From a virus (lineage: Duplodnaviria > Heunggongvirae > Uroviricota > Caudoviricetes), in the IMG/VR virus record IMGVR_UViG_3300049617_000342, positions 18,536-82,535 of that record: a DNA stretch of 64,000 nt; one strand, 5' to 3'. Position numbers and translations under genes: made by a program. The notes below the pieces were generated by a model that searched no databases, was not told the origin of the DNA, and was given only the letters and a program-made list of their open reading frames with translations. Below are positions 1 through 9,348 of this stretch, piece by piece (positions within the stretch are counted from its first letter, which is position 1; each line of letters begins with the position of its first letter).

Positions 1-167
1 TTCTGTTGCCAGGTCCCTAACGAACCCCGCTGCCCTTAGGCAGCAGCTTGGAAGTATTGTTCTTCGTCGCTTAATGGTGGTTGCTTTTTAAGGAGGTTGC
101 CGCCATCCCCCGCTTGCAGACCTTGACTCGATATCCCTGTCGATGCCTAGTCGGGCCCAAAGGGATA

Positions 168-1076
168 TTACCGCGGGCGCTGTAGCTTGTACTCCGAGTG
201 GTCCTTGCCGATGTACTCGAGGTTGTTGTTCGAGTCCATGCCGTAGCCGGGGCGCATCTCGACCATGAGGTGTCGGCAGTGGGGGTGCGTGGGGTCGATG
301 GTGGCGAGCCAGTCGGCTCCCTTCTTGCCGATGTTGGTGCCGTTGGCCATGAGCTCGCTGAGCTTGTAGACCTTGAACTTCCCGTCGGGCGTGAACCAGA
401 ACTTGCGGCACGCGGGGCAGGTGTCTCCGTCGTTGGGGCCGGCCTTGAAGACGTGGATGTCCTCGGGCTCCCTGTCGGGATTGTTGTGGAGGATGGCGTC
501 GACCGCGCCCCAGTTGGAAGCCCTGGAGAGCTCGGTGCGTACGATGGTGGACCACCTGTGGCGCCAGTTGTCCACCTTGCCGTGGAGCTCCTCGCCGAGG
601 TGCTTGCCCCACTTCTTCGGGTCCTTGATGAGGCCGTAGATCTGTCCGCCCTCGGCCCTGTCGAACACGGGCATGAAGCTCGCCTCGACGATGCCGGCTA
701 TGTCGGTCTTGAGGTCGGTGCCGGCCTTCTCGGCGTAGCGGGCGAACATCCTCTCGAGGAAGTCGAGGGCACCCTTGCGCTGGCCCATGGGGATCAGCGT
801 GTCGGCGACCTTGGCGTGGGTTCTGATGTAGGCCTCGGTGACGGCCATGGCGGGCGCGATGTTGGTTATCCAGCCGTGGCGCACAAGGTCCTTGAGCGCC
901 GTTGCAGTGATGCCGTGTGGGCCTATGCTCTTGTACTTGAGGTAGTTGATGAACCTGTTGGCCGACGCGTCGATCGATTTGGCGGTCTTAGGGCTTATTG
1001 GCACAGGACGCGGTCTTCTGGGCACCGCACGATCTCGCATTGGTGCACCGTTGCCTCGCCAAGTTCGGTGAGCCAC
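168..1076 (-). CDS. phage head morphogenesis / minor capsid protein (Mu F / SPP1 gp7-like)
   Basis: 302 aa ORF directly downstream of the portal candidate. Contains a TELSRA-type motif and a C-terminal CPAC…HPHCRH zinc-binding pattern typical of the MuF-like family. The start overlaps the upstream ORF by about 80 nt. Confidence 0.5.
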   Translation of the reverse strand: MAHRTWRGNGAPMRDRAVPRRPRPVPISPKTAKSIDASANRFINYLKYKSIGPHGITATALKDLVRHGWITNIAPAMAVTEAYIRTHAKVADTLIPMGQRKGALDFLERMFARYAEKAGTDLKTDIAGIVEASFMPVFDRAEGGQIYGLIKDPKKWGKHLGEELHGKVDNWRHRWSTIVRTELSRASNWGAVDAILHNNPDREPEDIHVFKAGPNDGDTCPACRKFWFTPDGKFKVYKLSELMANGTNIGKKGADWLATIDPTHPHCRHLMVEMRPGYGMDSNNNLEYIGKDHSEYKLQRPR

Positions 1077-1375
1077 CTTAGTTCCTGAGGCAGAACCGGC
1101 TTGGCTTCGGAAAACAGCCTGTCATTCTCCGACACGGCGAACCTTCGGAGGCATTCCTCGAGGCCTATGATCAGGGTGGCAGCGAGGGTGAGCTTTCCCT
1201 CCTGCCATATCGTGGGCATGGGCTTGACCAGCCTGTAGATGAAGCGGTAGGAGGTGTCTATCGGTGGCATCTGCACGTATTCCATCTGGACCTTGTCGGT
1301 CTTAAAGATGCTTATAGCACCGCCCTGCTTGAGGGAGTCGGACATCTGCTCCACTTCCTTCTCTAGCCCGGTCAT
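995..1375 (-). CDS. hypothetical protein (126 aa)
   Basis: ORF with protein-like composition between the portal and MuF-like genes; its ATG overlaps the portal stop (ATGA-type). Confidence 0.4.
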   Translation of the reverse strand: MTGLEKEVEQMSDSLKQGGAISIFKTDKVQMEYVQMPPIDTSYRFIYRLVKPMPTIWQEGKLTLAATLIIGLEECLRRFAVSENDRLFSEAKPVLPQELRWLTELGEATVHQCEIVRCPEDRVLCQ

Positions 1376-3534
1376 TTATTCTCCTCGTGTGTGTGCTCTT
1401 CCACCTCGGCGTGCACGGCCGCCATGACTTCCTTCATGAACTTCTCGGCCGCGTCCTCGTGGTCCTTCATGAGCTTGGCCGCGAGCTTGTCCACGTGGCT
1501 GTCGTTGGGCCTTCCTGAGCCGCTCTTGGAGAGGTCGTCGTTGACCTGGCTCTTGAGCATGGTGTTCCTCATGGCCTTGAAGAGGTCGGGGTTGCTCTGC
1601 ATGAACAGCATCACGGCCTTGCCCTGAGCCTTGGCTGCCGCTGCGGCTGCCGCCGGGTCCTGCTGCTGCCCCGGGGGTCCGTTCTTGCCTGGGGGGCCCT
1701 TCTTCTTGTCGTCCCCGCCCTTGTCGTCGTCCTTGTCCTTGTCGCCCTTCTTCTGTGGCGGGCCCTTCTTCTCGCCGCCGTCTCCGTCCTGGTTCTCGTC
1801 GTCGCCGTCCATCTCGCCGTTCTCGGCTGCCTCGCCCATGGCCTGCTGCTGCATCATTTGCATCTGGAGGTTCTGCCATGCAAACCAGAACTGCTCTGGG
1901 ATGTATTGGAGATCGGGGCGCTCGCTGGCTCCCGTCACGCCCATGAAGTACTCCATGAAGACGCCCTTGTAGAGGTTGGCCTGCAGGGTCTGTATGAGGA
2001 GCGGGTTGAGGATGAGGTTGCCGCCGATGGGCAGCTCCGCGCGCTCGGTCTCCCGGCGGACCTCGTTGACGGTGGTGGTTACCGCTACTTCCTTGGTGAG
2101 TCGGTCCGTCTCCTCGCCCCTGGTCTCGGCGTCGAGGCCGACGAAGCAGAATCGGTACTTGGCAGCGAACTCCTTGTTCCAGTACGGCAGCACGTCCTCG
2201 TTCATTATCGCTTCGATGCGGGCGAGGAGCGGCCTTAGGCTGCGGCTCTTGGAGGCGCTGATCTTGTACTCGTTGGAGGACTCGCCTAGGCTGCGCTGCT
2301 CGTTGCCCTTGGCGAGGTATCCGAAGCCGGTCTCCTCGGGGTCGATGGCGAAGCAGGCGTGGATGGTCCTGAGGACGTGGTCCTGGTAGGCCGCGTACTC
2401 CATGTCGCGGTTGCCCGCGGTGAGGGGAACCCACTGGACGCCCTTGATGCCGGCGAGGATGGGCGTTCTCCAGCTATTCAGCGGCCCCGTGACCTGCTGG
2501 GTCCACTGGGCCTGGAGCATCTTGAGCTGGTTGGGCGTCATGTCGCCCTGGATTACGAGCAGGCCCCTGGAAGCGACGCCGTTGGTGAAGAACCCGCGCT
2601 GGTGGTTCTCGACCTGGAGCTGCGCCGTGATCATGGACAGCGCGCGCTCCAAGGGGCCTATGCAGTAGCCCTGGAGGTCGATGTCGGTCTCGCTGTTGAG
2701 CTTGGCGAAGATCAGCTCCTCGTGGGTGAACTCCTCCACGACCTTGTTGTCCATGACCTGGACGTACTCGATCTTCTCGGCCGGGGGAGCCTTGTCCTGC
2801 TCCTCCTTGTGCTCGTCGGCGCGCTCGCGCCACAGGTTCCGCTGGGCGTGAACCGCCTTGGGGTCCGCCTTGGGTGAGGCGTAGTAGATGCCCTCGGACG
2901 CGAGGGGGAGGAAGTAGCCGATGCCAGGGCCGTCGATGCCCATCGTCTTGGCGCGCGACTGCCCGCGCTCGATGGCGGAGTGCCCATAGACCAGGAGGTC
3001 CCTGGAGACCATGTAGCCCCAGTCCGAGAAGCTGAGCTTGTCCTGAGGGGCCCTGTCGTCCGGGTTGCCGCAGTTCGTTATGAAGACGGTCCCGCTCTCG
3101 ATCTCCTTGGGGTCCGGCTTCTGGCTCTTGTCCTTGCACATGAACTTCCAGCCGTTGTCGAACCTGTCGGCTTGGTCTCGGCAGAACGTCTGGACCTGCC
3201 CCGCGAGGATGTTGATTATGATGCTGGCGGCCGGCGCCCTGCGCGCGACCTGCTTGAGGAGCTGGTTGGTGATGTAGCCGCTCTTGGGGCGGAAGAGGCC
3301 CTGGGCGTTGTTGTTCTCGACGAAGGGGTCGAAGATGAGTCCCTTGCGGCCGAACCCTCCCTCCTTTTCCTTCTTCTCCAGGGTCTCGGCCTGGCTGGTC
3401 CCCGACTTGTTGAGGTCGTTGATCTTGCTGTCGAGCCAGCTCTCGAAGAGCATGGGCACCTTGCCGAGGATGCCGCTCTTAGCGAGCCTCTCCTGGTCCA
3501 GCTGCGCCTCAGTCTTGGTCTGCTCGTTCGCCAT
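1372..3534 (-). CDS. putative portal protein
   Basis: 720 aa ORF sitting TerL – HNH – this ORF – MuF-like, which is the canonical portal position. It has an acidic/Lys-rich low-complexity C-terminus. The call rests on size and synteny only. Confidence 0.45.
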   Translation of the reverse strand: MANEQTKTEAQLDQERLAKSGILGKVPMLFESWLDSKINDLNKSGTSQAETLEKKEKEGGFGRKGLIFDPFVENNNAQGLFRPKSGYITNQLLKQVARRAPAASIIINILAGQVQTFCRDQADRFDNGWKFMCKDKSQKPDPKEIESGTVFITNCGNPDDRAPQDKLSFSDWGYMVSRDLLVYGHSAIERGQSRAKTMGIDGPGIGYFLPLASEGIYYASPKADPKAVHAQRNLWRERADEHKEEQDKAPPAEKIEYVQVMDNKVVEEFTHEELIFAKLNSETDIDLQGYCIGPLERALSMITAQLQVENHQRGFFTNGVASRGLLVIQGDMTPNQLKMLQAQWTQQVTGPLNSWRTPILAGIKGVQWVPLTAGNRDMEYAAYQDHVLRTIHACFAIDPEETGFGYLAKGNEQRSLGESSNEYKISASKSRSLRPLLARIEAIMNEDVLPYWNKEFAAKYRFCFVGLDAETRGEETDRLTKEVAVTTTVNEVRRETERAELPIGGNLILNPLLIQTLQANLYKGVFMEYFMGVTGASERPDLQYIPEQFWFAWQNLQMQMMQQQAMGEAAENGEMDGDDENQDGDGGEKKGPPQKKGDKDKDDDKGGDDKKKGPPGKNGPPGQQQDPAAAAAAAKAQGKAVMLFMQSNPDLFKAMRNTMLKSQVNDDLSKSGSGRPNDSHVDKLAAKLMKDHEDAAEKFMKEVMAAVHAEVEEHTHEENK

Positions 3535-4020
3535 TTATTTCCTAGTCCTCTTGGGCTTCCTGGGCTTCCTGTAGCCCCTGGCTATCTGGTAGTCTTCCCG
3601 GGCGATGCGCTCTTCCTGGGTCTTGACGTCGTGACATGCCTCGCAGATGGCCTGTAGGTTCCGGGGCTCGCACCACGTGGCGAACACCGTAGCGTCCATT
3701 CCCATCTGCTCGAAGGAGGACTCAACGGAGATCACGGGCTGCTTGTGGTCCACGGCGCTGCTCCACTCCGGTGCCGGCTTGCCGCACGCGGCGCACCTGA
3801 TCCACTTCTTGCAGCGGGGCTTCGACGGGTCGGCGTGCTCGATGCGCGCTGCGCCCATAACGAACTCACGCAGCTCCGAGCGCGCGAAGGCCCTGCGTAT
3901 CGCTCCCTTCAGGGCAGCCCTGTCTTTCGGGCTGATGTTCGGGTTCGCGAAGACCGGGTGCGGAGGCGGAGGCGGCGCCTTTACGAACTTATCACCCACG
4001 AGCCTCTCTCCTTGTGGCAA
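3535..4020 (-). CDS. HNH endonuclease
   Basis: 161 aa. Zn-finger/HNH pattern CAACGKP…VDHKQP…CEACHDVKT. It lies next to the terminase and portal genes, as packaging-associated HNH endonucleases do. Confidence 0.6.
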   Translation of the reverse strand: MPQGERLVGDKFVKAPPPPPHPVFANPNISPKDRAALKGAIRRAFARSELREFVMGAARIEHADPSKPRCKKWIRCAACGKPAPEWSSAVDHKQPVISVESSFEQMGMDATVFATWCEPRNLQAICEACHDVKTQEERIAREDYQIARGYRKPRKPKRTRK

Positions 4021-4021
4021 G

Positions 4022-4945
4022 CTACTCGGCCAGGAAGACGAATCCCTGCGACTGATACAAGGTCGGGTTGTAGAGCTGTATCTGGTACGTGCGGCCGCGC
4101 TTCAGGTTCAGGCCCGGGAAGCACTGTATGTCTCCGGGGACGGGCGGCTCGACCTCGTTGGTGCTGCCGATGTCGCCGTTGTAGCGGACTATCGTCTTCT
4201 GGTCCACGGCTATCATAACCCACTTGTAGGCGTCCTTGTAGATGTTCAGGTCGCCGGGCGTGACCATGGTGACGGTCTCCGCGTACGGGGTGGGGTTGGT
4301 GAACGTCACGAAGGTATCGGTGACCCGGGTGAGCTTGAACTGGCCGCGGTTGGGCGCCGAGAACTGGAGCGACTGGATGTCGATGGTGTCGCCGACCTGC
4401 ACGGGCCCGCTGGTGTACACGTCGACCTGGCCGGTCTGGACCTCGGAGATGCCGATCTGGTTCTGCCACGATATGAAGTTTGAGCCGACCTTTATGAGGG
4501 TGAAGTCGCCCTGGTTTAGGGGGCTGAAGGGTGCGCCCAGTGTCACGCCGTCGCCGGCCACCATGCCGGCGAATATGGGTGCCGTCCCGACTCCCGTCCA
4601 TGTCGCGGTGATCACGCCCTGGGCGAAGCTGAGGTTCCACTGGGTCGTGCCGTCCCCGTCCTGCCTTCCCGTGCGCTGGCCGAACGAGCCCGATATGGTA
4701 ACCGTGGCGCCGGTGTTGCTGACCACGAAGATGTTGGAGGTGGTGTAGCTGAGCGCCCTGAGGGTGGACATCACGGTGTTGGTCTCGCCCGGCGCCAGGT
4801 TCACGGAGACTGTCCTGGAGATGCCGGTGGGCATCCCGAGCATGGAGAACGAGAGGTCCGCCTCGCGGAGCTTCGGGTTCTGGGACTTGGGCCCGTCCAG
4901 GTAAGCCAATAGGTTCAGGCTTACGTTGATAAGAGGCTTAGACAT
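4022..4945 (-). CDS. hypothetical beta-rich (Ig-like?) protein
   Basis: 307 aa, rich in T/S/G/V with no long hydrophobic stretch. It is inserted between TerL and the HNH/portal genes. Confidence 0.4.
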   Translation of the reverse strand: MSKPLINVSLNLLAYLDGPKSQNPKLREADLSFSMLGMPTGISRTVSVNLAPGETNTVMSTLRALSYTTSNIFVVSNTGATVTISGSFGQRTGRQDGDGTTQWNLSFAQGVITATWTGVGTAPIFAGMVAGDGVTLGAPFSPLNQGDFTLIKVGSNFISWQNQIGISEVQTGQVDVYTSGPVQVGDTIDIQSLQFSAPNRGQFKLTRVTDTFVTFTNPTPYAETVTMVTPGDLNIYKDAYKWVMIAVDQKTIVRYNGDIGSTNEVEPPVPGDIQCFPGLNLKRGRTYQIQLYNPTLYQSQGFVFLAE

Positions 4946-5004
4946 TCTCGAGTTGCTCCGTGGGTTTGGTGGCTAGAGTACAAGTAGATTTTACCCCGCT
5001 ACGA

Positions 5005-6906
5005 TCAGGTCCAGGTCCAGAGCGCCCCGCCGGCCTCCCCTGGTCCGACTGGCCCTATGCCCGGCTGCGCCGGGACCTCCGCCCTGTTGTCGATGAACGG
5101 TATCCCCTTGTCCCTCAAGATGTCGGTATTGCTGGGTATGTTCGTGGCCTTGGTCAGCTCCTGGCTCTGCACGCTCTCCGCCCCGGGCATGGTGGCCCTC
5201 ATGCGGCCGACGAGCCAGTAGATCGTGTACCTGAGGGCGTCGAGGAAGTGGTTGAAGCTGTCGTGGGGGTCCTCCATGTCCAGGACCCTGCCGGCCTTGT
5301 CGGTCTTCTTGTGGTACAGCTCGAACTCCTCGAATATGCTCTCGATGGGCCGGCCCTTGCCGCCGTCCTCTATGCTTCCGCTGACCGCCATGGGGAGGCC
5401 CACGTCCAGGTCGGGCGCGAAGAATATGCGGGTGGCCCCGTTCTGCCCCGGGACCCTGAGGCAGCCCTTGACCAGGTTGACGCCGAAGGCTATGCGCTTG
5501 TCGATCTCGTCCGTGGTGGGGGCGACGCCCTTGAGGATGTCGCGGCCCGAGGCGTTCGCAAGGTCGGGGCACCACATCTGGACGTCGTACCTGGGCTGTA
5601 GGTCCTGCCTGATCACGCTCTCGATGAACTCGGGGTCGTTCATCTTGATCTTGGCCATGGCCTCGACCACGTACATGTAGCCGCGGCGGTCCACCGCTAT
5701 GACCAGGGCGACGCTGGGGCTGGGGTTGAACCCCCAGTCGATGCCCCCGTAGAACTGCGCGCCGCGCTTCTTCAGCTCGGCTATGAACTCGTACCTGCCG
5801 ACCTTGGTCGTCGGCATGGCCCCGGTCAGCCTGTGCCACATGGCGTCCCACCCGGGCACGTGCACGGCCCTGTCGAACTCCCAGTAGATGAGGCCCTCGG
5901 TGGTCGGCTTGAGGCTGGCGATCTGGGCGAGGGCCCAGTCCCAGCTGCCGGACAGCGCTATCTTGTTTATGACGTCGTCGATGGTCCTGAGGAGGGCGCT
6001 CTTGGAGGTCTGCTTCTTGAGGTCGCCCTGGCAGAGGGGGGCGAGCATGCACTTGCGGCAGCCGTCGAAGGTGCTGTCGATGCGCTGGAGCCCCACCTTC
6101 TTGTTGGCGTCCATGCCCTCGACCTCGGCCTGGGAGTACGTCTCGCCCTTGTCCCGGTTGATCCACATGGGCGTTGGCACCTGGCCGGAGCGGCTGTCGG
6201 GGCACCTCTCGGTGTTCTCGAAGGTGGTCCACTTCCTGATCTTCAGGCCGGTCTTGGATACGTTCTTAAGCTCCTGCTCGGCGAGGGAGTGGCCCTGCTG
6301 GCGGCTAGTGATCTTGATTACGACCGCGGGCTTGCCCTTGCGGGAGGTTCCCAGGATGCCGTGCGCGTCCCTGTAGGCCTTGACGTTGTTCGGCTCCATG
6401 GAGGACGCCAGCTCGTCGAAGGTGAGCAGCGAGCAGTGGCCCCCCTGGACCGCCTTGGGGGTCGCGGGCAGTATCTCCATCCCCACGGCCTCGCCGTCGA
6501 TGTTGAGCTTGATCTCCCTGGTGTTGTGCTTGACGACGGCGTTGTTGAGGTTGGGCTGGTGGTTGATGTAGCTGGCCAGGTAGGCCTTGGCCCGTCCGCC
6601 CTGCTGGCTGGTCATGGCGACGTGGATGGCCTCGCGCTGGTCGTGGAGGAACGCCAGCAAGTCGATGATCGAGAGGCCGACCGTCTTGACGCCGTCGCGG
6701 CCGGCGAGCCCCATCATGGCCAGCGGCTTGCCGGTCATTATGGCCTCGTAGGCCTCCCACACGAAGTCCAGCGGGGTGCAGTCGGCGAAGCGGCTGACGA
6801 GGCAGCCCGGAAGCTCGAAGCCGAGGTTGTCCAGGACCCAGTCCTGAAGCTCGTACTTGTCGTGGAGCGGCGCCATGAGCAGCTTGACTGCGTCTACGCC
6901 GGACAC
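5005..6906 (-). CDS. terminase large subunit
   Basis: 633 aa. N-terminal ATPase-like region (GLAGRDGVKT). C-terminal nuclease region YGGIDWGFNPSPSVALVIAVDRRGYMYVVEA, typical of TerL RNaseH-fold nuclease domains. The C-terminal ~20 aa look like read-through. Confidence 0.65.
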   Translation of the reverse strand: MSGVDAVKLLMAPLHDKYELQDWVLDNLGFELPGCLVSRFADCTPLDFVWEAYEAIMTGKPLAMMGLAGRDGVKTVGLSIIDLLAFLHDQREAIHVAMTSQQGGRAKAYLASYINHQPNLNNAVVKHNTREIKLNIDGEAVGMEILPATPKAVQGGHCSLLTFDELASSMEPNNVKAYRDAHGILGTSRKGKPAVVIKITSRQQGHSLAEQELKNVSKTGLKIRKWTTFENTERCPDSRSGQVPTPMWINRDKGETYSQAEVEGMDANKKVGLQRIDSTFDGCRKCMLAPLCQGDLKKQTSKSALLRTIDDVINKIALSGSWDWALAQIASLKPTTEGLIYWEFDRAVHVPGWDAMWHRLTGAMPTTKVGRYEFIAELKKRGAQFYGGIDWGFNPSPSVALVIAVDRRGYMYVVEAMAKIKMNDPEFIESVIRQDLQPRYDVQMWCPDLANASGRDILKGVAPTTDEIDKRIAFGVNLVKGCLRVPGQNGATRIFFAPDLDVGLPMAVSGSIEDGGKGRPIESIFEEFELYHKKTDKAGRVLDMEDPHDSFNHFLDALRYTIYWLVGRMRATMPGAESVQSQELTKATNIPSNTDILRDKGIPFIDNRAEVPAQPGIGPVGPGEAGGALWTWT

Positions 6907-7611
6907 CTATCTCCCCTTGGCCCTTTTCTCGTCCGCCCTGCGGCGCCTCTCCGCCCTTATCGGGTCCTCGGCGTCCTGCGGGATCTCCTTGGAGGTCACC
7001 TCGACCGCCGGCTTCTCGCTGGACTGGTTCACGGTCACGGACACTAGGGGAGCGGCCACCTGGTTGGGCGGCAGGTCGATGTTGGACGGCGGTATGCGGC
7101 CGCCGCCGGGCAGCCTCTGGACCTTGGGCTCTATGAGGTCGTTGAGCATGGTGACGGCCGACTGGTACCCGTGGAGGGTGTTGGGCAGGCACGCCGGGGG
7201 CTCGACCCTGTCCGGAGCGGCCAGGTACCTGAGTATGTCGGCCCTCCACTTGACGTGGGTCGCCTTGATCATCTCGGACATGAACTGGGTGCTGTCGAGC
7301 TTCACGCTCTTGGCGGACTCTATGATGCTCTCCTGCAGGTCGTTCTTGTAGCGGAGCTTGGCCTGGTCCCACCCGTACTCGACGCGGGCGTACAGGAGCA
7401 GCGGGAGGTCGTACTCCGGGAACATCCTCGCGATTTCCTGGCAGGTGTATCCGAGAAGGTAGATCGAGCCGAGGCTCTCGGCCTTGGAGCGGGCAAGGCC
7501 CGGCTTGCCCTTCTCGACCCACTCGGCGACTGACTTGGCCTCGGCCTCGTTCAGCCCGGCCGACTGGTAAACGGTTAGGGCTGTCTCTGGTTTCGTTTCT
7601 GTATCACTCAT
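6907..7611 (-). CDS. putative terminase small subunit / DNA-binding protein
   Basis: 234 aa ORF immediately upstream of TerL with a basic C-terminus; its stop abuts the TerL start. The call is by position only. Confidence 0.3.
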   Translation of the reverse strand: MSDTETKPETALTVYQSAGLNEAEAKSVAEWVEKGKPGLARSKAESLGSIYLLGYTCQEIARMFPEYDLPLLLYARVEYGWDQAKLRYKNDLQESIIESAKSVKLDSTQFMSEMIKATHVKWRADILRYLAAPDRVEPPACLPNTLHGYQSAVTMLNDLIEPKVQRLPGGGRIPPSNIDLPPNQVAAPLVSVTVNQSSEKPAVEVTSKEIPQDAEDPIRAERRRRADEKRAKGR

Positions 7612-7990
7612 TTGATTCCAAGTATTTAATGGCGGCCTTGAGGCGCTCCACGGAGTCCTTCATGTGCCCTATGCTAAGATTGCAATCACGACACAGGAGC
7701 CCTCGGACCTTGCCCGTTTGATGGCAATGGTCAACACCCAAGGGCTGAACCTTTTTGCTCTTGCCTACGAAGGTTTCGGGCTGGCCGCAAATGGCACACA
7801 GGTCACGTTGTTTTTCTTTGATTTGGGTGTAGTCTTGAACGGTTATGTTGTACTTGGTTCTGAGCATCCACTCCAAGTTCTTGGCATCGAAGCGGGCGCG
7901 GTTCTTCTCTCGCCACACTTTCCCCAGTGCGCGGTGACGCTCGGACGTCTTAAACTGACCTGACTTTCCGCCTAAACTCCACTCTGACAT
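7604..7990 (-). CDS. recombination endonuclease VII (T4 gp49-like Holliday junction resolvase)
   Basis: 128 aa with LCAICG…VDHCHQTGKVRGLLCRDCN, which matches the Endo VII DHxH…RGLLC..CN zinc/catalytic signature. Confidence 0.7.
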   Translation of the reverse strand: MSEWSLGGKSGQFKTSERHRALGKVWREKNRARFDAKNLEWMLRTKYNITVQDYTQIKEKQRDLCAICGQPETFVGKSKKVQPLGVDHCHQTGKVRGLLCRDCNLSIGHMKDSVERLKAAIKYLESNE

Positions 7991-8348
7991 AGTAGTTCGG
8001 TAGTATCGTCCTCGCCTGGTTGGCTAGCTGCTGGGCCGCGTTGACTGGCGCACCCCATCGTTTGAGCAAAAGCAGACCGATCTTACCAAGTATACCCTGG
8101 CGCTTTTCGAAGAACCTCTGGAAAAGATAGAGGATCCAGGACTTCGGCTTGAGGTAGAAGATCAGGCCGAGGTCGCCCTCCCCGTAGAGGCCGTCGACGT
8201 CGAGCCGGGCGTCCGCTATTCCCGGCTGCGTGATGGCGAGCGACCACATGTCGTCGGCTATGGGCATGGAGAACACGCCCATCTCGGCGAGCACCCTGCT
8301 GGCCATGCTCTGCTCGTCAATTAGCGATGAGAGCTTCCGCTCGTCCAA
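7950..8348 (-). CDS. hypothetical protein (132 aa)
   Basis: ORF with balanced composition between the phosphoesterase and Endo VII genes. Confidence 0.35.
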   Translation of the reverse strand: MDERKLSSLIDEQSMASRVLAEMGVFSMPIADDMWSLAITQPGIADARLDVDGLYGEGDLGLIFYLKPKSWILYLFQRFFEKRQGILGKIGLLLLKRWGAPVNAAQQLANQARTILPNYYVRVEFRRKVRSV

Positions 8349-9348
8349 GCAGGACCTCCTTCTCTGTGCGCCAGTTTCGGCTCATTATGAAGTCCCGGAG
8401 GCGGGCCTCCCTGGGGACATTATCCGCCCTGGGGGCTACAGCGTCCTTCTTCGCCTTGAACGCGGGGACCACCCTGCGGGCGTTCTCCGTTAAGTGCTTG
8501 TATTCCGCGCCTCTGGTGAGCTCGAGGATCTCCTGAGGCGTCCCCTCGGCCACCAGCTTGTAGCTGGTCGTGGCGTCGGGCTTGGGCATGTTGGCCCTCA
8601 GAGCGTCTATGGTGGGGTACTCCACCTGGACGAACTCCGGCATGTCGAGCTCTATGTGCTTCTCGCTCTGGCACTTCTGCTGCCTGGACTCGCCTATGGT
8701 TACGTAGTAGAGGCCCTTCCTTTGGCCGGCGTCGGCGAAGGACTGCTGGTAGGGCGTTCCCGGGTAGTAGATGTTCTCTCCGACAGACTGTGCCGTGTGG
8801 ATGTGCCCGCTGATGACCCTGGATAGGTGCGCGACGCACTTCGGGTCCGCGCCATTCGGGTCGTAGAACCCGTTGTCGAACATGACGCCGTTGAACGACT
8901 GGTGGCAGAAGAGGACGCTGCCGTCCTCCATGTTCCTGCATAGCTCCTCGAACTCACTCTGGCTCCTGATGAACGGAAGAAAGTTGACGGTTACGCCCGC
9001 GATCTTCCAGGCCGCGTGCTCGTCTATCACGTGCGCGACCGTCTTGAACGGCTCCAGCGCGTGCGAGCCACCCTTGGCGCTCGAGTAGTCGTGGTTGCCC
9101 ACCATGAGGACGACGCGCTCGTCGCCGAAGTGCTTGCTGGCCCTGGTTATGAAGCTCGACCACAGGGTCATTATCTCGGACCTTATGATGGCGTAGTTGT
9201 CGAACAGGTCGCCCAGGATGATGAGAGTCTTGTAGCGCCCAGTGAAGGCCTCGGCGGCCAGCTTCTCGAGGAAGAGCCTGCTGTCCTCGAGCCTAGATAG
9301 CTTGAGGTGCGGATCGCCGACGACGAGAACCCTCTCGAAGTCGGTCAT
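8317..9348 (-). CDS. metallophosphoesterase, SbcD/Mre11/T4 gp47-like recombination nuclease subunit
   Basis: Internal ATG (MTDFERV…) of the long track ORF 8317..10350; 343 aa. Carries the calcineurin-like motifs VVGDPHL, GDLFD, GNHD and GHIH. Its ATG overlaps the UvsX-like stop (ATGA). Confidence 0.6.
   Translation of the reverse strand: MTDFERVLVVGDPHLKLSRLEDSRLFLEKLAAEAFTGRYKTLIILGDLFDNYAIIRSEIMTLWSSFITRASKHFGDERVVLMVGNHDYSSAKGGSHALEPFKTVAHVIDEHAAWKIAGVTVNFLPFIRSQSEFEELCRNMEDGSVLFCHQSFNGVMFDNGFYDPNGADPKCVAHLSRVISGHIHTAQSVGENIYYPGTPYQQSFADAGQRKGLYYVTIGESRQQKCQSEKHIELDMPEFVQVEYPTIDALRANMPKPDATTSYKLVAEGTPQEILELTRGAEYKHLTENARRVVPAFKAKKDAVAPRADNVPREARLRDFIMSRNWRTEKEVLLGRAEALIAN

Noticed and set aside
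28-45. GCTGCC-CTTA-GGCAGC hairpin downstream of the MuF-like gene
   Set aside because: No U-tract on either strand, so it is not a convincing intrinsic terminator.
88-1088. ORFs 88..612(-) and 198..1088(+)
   Set aside because: G/A/V/R-rich shadow frames of the head-morphogenesis gene.
1376-2434. Long Arg/Gly/Pro-rich ORFs in alternative frames
   Set aside because: Examples are 1376..2434, 4991..6232, 6305..7522, 15157..16620, 17104..18501, 19388..20260, 20495..21382, 27316..28155, 36140..37300, 38022..39224, 40893..41681, 42368..43291, 53380..56058, 57526..59127, 59625..61442 and 61895..63613. They are stop-poor shadow ORFs expected in roughly 63% GC DNA. Each lies inside a better-supported gene in a different frame.
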